DNA of 64,000 nucleotides. It comes from Tubiluchus corallicola. Taxonomy: Eukaryota > Animalia > Priapulida. The translations under genes and the position numbers were made by a program. The number at the start of each line of letters is the position of its first letter. The stretch's first letter is position 1. Location of the stretch: positions 124,001 to 188,000 of the forward strand of contig JAQGDQ010000338.1 of NCBI GenBank assembly GCA_030141605.1, read 5' to 3'. Positions 60,950-64,000 of this stretch are shown in pieces. Below the pieces are notes generated by a model. It did not search any database, was not told the DNA's origin, and saw only the letters and a program-made list of their open reading frames with translations.

Positions 60950-61650
60950 GTGATGAAGCCAACGAAATTAATAAAAAAATTTGAAAGTAAGAGGATCAGT
61001 TTAGATACAAAATTAAGAATCTTTGCTGCACTTGTGGAAACTGTGTTTCTCTATAACTCAGAATTATGGACAATTAAAGCTCAACACGAATCAGAAATTA
61101 ATGCATTTCAAAGAAGAAACTTCAGGAACATTCTAGGAATAAAATGACCGAAGAAAATATCAAACAAGGATCTGTATAATAAAGACAAGGCAGAGGAATG
61201 GACGGTTAAAATCAAAAAGAGAAGATTAAGATGGATAGAACATGTTATACGACTTCCAGATGACAGTCCATTAAAATTAACTTTCAAAGAAGCACTGCAG
61301 AAAGAAAAGAAACCACAAGGAGGACAGCTGCTGACTTACATCAATTTCATCCAAAAAGATCTTATCAACAGACCATTAGATATCAAAAATACAGAGACAT
61401 GGGAGGTTGCGGGTGACAAGACAGCATGGAGTAAAGTGATCAGGATGGTCATATCAAACGATGTGTGACTCCAGAGACATGGGAGGTTGCGGGTGACAAG
61501 ACAGCATGGAGTAAAGTGATCAGGGGGGTCATGTCAGATAATGTGTGACTCCAGAGACATGGGAGGTTGCGGGTGACAAGACAGCATGGAGTAAAGTGAT
61601 CAGGACGGTCATGTCAGAGGACGCGTGACTCCAGAGATGATGATGATGAG
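60950..61650 (+). mobile_element. RTE-like LINE 3' fragment with triplicated 80-bp terminus
   Basis: KLRIFAALVETVFLYNSELW...INAFQRRNFRNILGIK; unit CAGAGACATGGGAGG... at 61392, 61472, 61552; then (GAT)n. Confidence 0.88.
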
Positions 61651-61950
61651 TTTTATAGCGGACGCTGGATGCTTTGGTGTATCAAAGGCATTATTAAATT
61701 CGGTAAAACTCTTAGACAAACGTCCCAAGCTTATTTTCTGTCAATTCATCACTAATAGGAATGCTTATAATTATCTTGCGCTGGACAGTTACAACGAATA
61801 TGGCCGTTTGTATATTATATACTTTTATTAAAGAATAGTAATAATTATTACGTATTATATGAGCTTATGTTTGATTCATGAGTTATAAATTCTTTGTTGA
61901 TTCTAAGATTGAACCTCACAGTTATACTCTTGCTGATAATGTTTTACTAA

Positions 61951-62385
61951 CCCTTTCATACCCGTTGTATCCCGTGGGATACGAGAATATTTTCTGCCTT
62001 TAAAATTAATAAAATTTTAAAACTGACAGTTATTTGATCTGTTAATAGTTATTTTGATTTAAGCCAGTAACAATAGACTAAAAATGGTGATAAAATGGCA
62101 AACTAGAAAATCTACATAGCATAAAAAACTGTGCAAGGTACAGTACTTTAGAGACACTTTGTACAAATCAGTATAGCGTGCATACTAAATGTCTTAAATA
62201 CTTTAAAAAATTATCAGCAGTTGCAAATGAAGCACATTTTTTGCTTTTGTGTTTTTAAAAAAGTCGGACTTTGTTTTTTTGCATATGACAAAGAATGTTG
62301 TGTATCTCACAGGATACATTGGGAACAAAAGTACCAAGCCAAAAAAATTTTTCTTATTAAAAAAAATAATTTGGGACTGAAAGGG
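61951..62385. mobile_element. piggyBac-like MITE, copy 2
   Basis: (C)TAA-CCCTTTCATACCC...GGGACTGAAAGGG-TTAA. Confidence 0.8.
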
Positions 62386-62908
62386 TTAAACGTAAAATTT
62401 TTATTATTTTTTGCGCAGATAATAAAGAAATAGAGGCAGCTCTCAACTTCTACTATTTTAGCTGAAAGTTGGCAGAAATTTGAGCATAAAAGCATAATTT
62501 ATACTGTTTTCACTCTTCACAAAGTTTCAGCTAGAATTCTGTAACAGCGCAAGTTGCTAGAGCATTTTCAGCTTTTTAGTTCGCCAGTCAAGTTAATAAT
62601 TAATGACCTATTGAATGAATCCAACCAGCAGTGAACATAACAATAATTAAATACCTGCTCAATCAGGGCTCGTTAATTATTCACCAGCCACCAGCCCCTT
62701 GTGGCCGACTGCATCACTTTCGTTTTTCATTCGCGTAATAATCGCGTCTAGTTTTTTTACTGATTTATTGCCACGGTTAGTTGACTTTTGCGAAAGGAAG
62801 GCAGATCAAAGAACGACAGCGGTGAAAGTGTTAAGAAGCATAAAATTGCAGTTTGGTTCGCAGGCTATTGTCAAGTAATTGTAGTAAATTTTTCCCAATA
62901 TGAGCCGG

Positions 62909-63002
62909 CTAGTAGTAGTAGTAGTATGATGATGATGTTGATGATGATGGTGGTGGTGATGGTGTTGATGATGATGATGATGTTGATGACAATGATGATG
63001 AT

Positions 63003-63043
<41 letters not shown>

Positions 63044-63220
63044 TGTTGATGTTGATGTTGATGTTGATGACGATGATGATGTTGTTGATGATGATGATGG
63101 TGGTGGTGATGATGATGTTGATGATGATGATGATGGTGGTGGTGATGGTGATGACGATGATGATGATGTTGGTGGTGATGATGGTGTTGATGATGATGAT
63201 GATAAATCTTCATTTGCACA

Positions 63221-63251
<31 letters not shown>

Positions 63252-63252
63252 C
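62909..63252. repeat. (AGT)n-(GAT/GGT/GTT)n-(TA)n microsatellite
   Basis: Direct observation. Confidence 0.95.
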
Positions 63253-64000
63253 GCAAGGGTTCTGTTTGCAGGCCGATAATTCTGGACTGTGTCATGATAT
63301 AAGAGTATATATACAACACGGTCAATTATAATCACGTCCTTAATACATGTACCACAAACTTGCTTATAAAACATTTTAGCAATTATTTATAATAATTAAG
63401 GTTCATAATAATAGAATTCATTCACTGGGATATTTACATTACATTATTAGGAAAGTGTTAAAATACAAACTTTTCTACGTGCTCGCTTTACTTACAAATA
63501 TATAAGAACAAGGATTTTTTCCTAAATTTACGATAAAACCTGGCTAAACTTTCCCTGAGTTGTACACATATGTATATACATATGTGTGCGTGAGCTAAAA
63601 GTTATGCACTTAACCGTTTCACATCCCTTTACAAACTGATAAGACAAAATCGTGTCTCGAAAAATTAACTAGAACTTTATTTAATGTTTTTTTTAAATCA
63701 ACAGGTAGCAGAAAGTTTTAGACAGTTCAGTTGTAATGAAATGAGTGACAGATTTGCGCAACGCTATTGCAGAAGAAATAATTGGAATTGGTCTTTGAAC
63801 CCAGAGGCAGTGGATAAATTAAAAACGGGTAGTAAAGGGGAAGGTGGTCTTGTGACATTCTTGTTCTGGGCGGGTTCTGTGCACCTCGCGATTTCGTCAC
63901 AGGTGTTGAATCGTCCAGCACAGTAGATTATAATTACGGTCCATCAACCCATGGGGGGACATTCAATGTAACAGTAAACGGACTGTTGTTGATGCGGTAG

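Overview
AT-rich, repeat-dense genomic DNA from an invertebrate animal (spliceosomal GT-AG introns, many microsatellites and transposon remnants); no prokaryotic features. The main feature is the 5' part of a large minus-strand gene for a secreted/extracellular-matrix protein. I traced 17 coding exons by hand (46879 to 479; 2218 nt, about 739 aa, still open at the left edge). They encode a signal peptide, a 4-Cys LDL-receptor-class-A-like module, a 7-Cys EGF and 15 tandem calcium-binding EGF modules, mostly on phase-1 symmetric exons. From memory, the N-terminus closely matches Drosophila Dumpy, but no DPY modules appear in the window. Two tandem paralogs with uninterrupted CDS (36579-37295, 38618-39349; about 70% identical by manual alignment) sit antisense inside the 8-kb third coding intron. 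They encode secreted 8-Cys proteins with a divergent discoidin/F5-8-type-C-like C-terminus and are separated by a TIR element filled with degenerate (CCCTAA)n. The rest is hAT, Kolobok-like, piggyBac-like, Tigger-like and Harbinger-like MITEs, RTE/CR1/Penelope fragments, putative SINEs, possible solo LTRs, minisatellites and compound microsatellites. Family assignments are from pattern recognition only; no searches were run.
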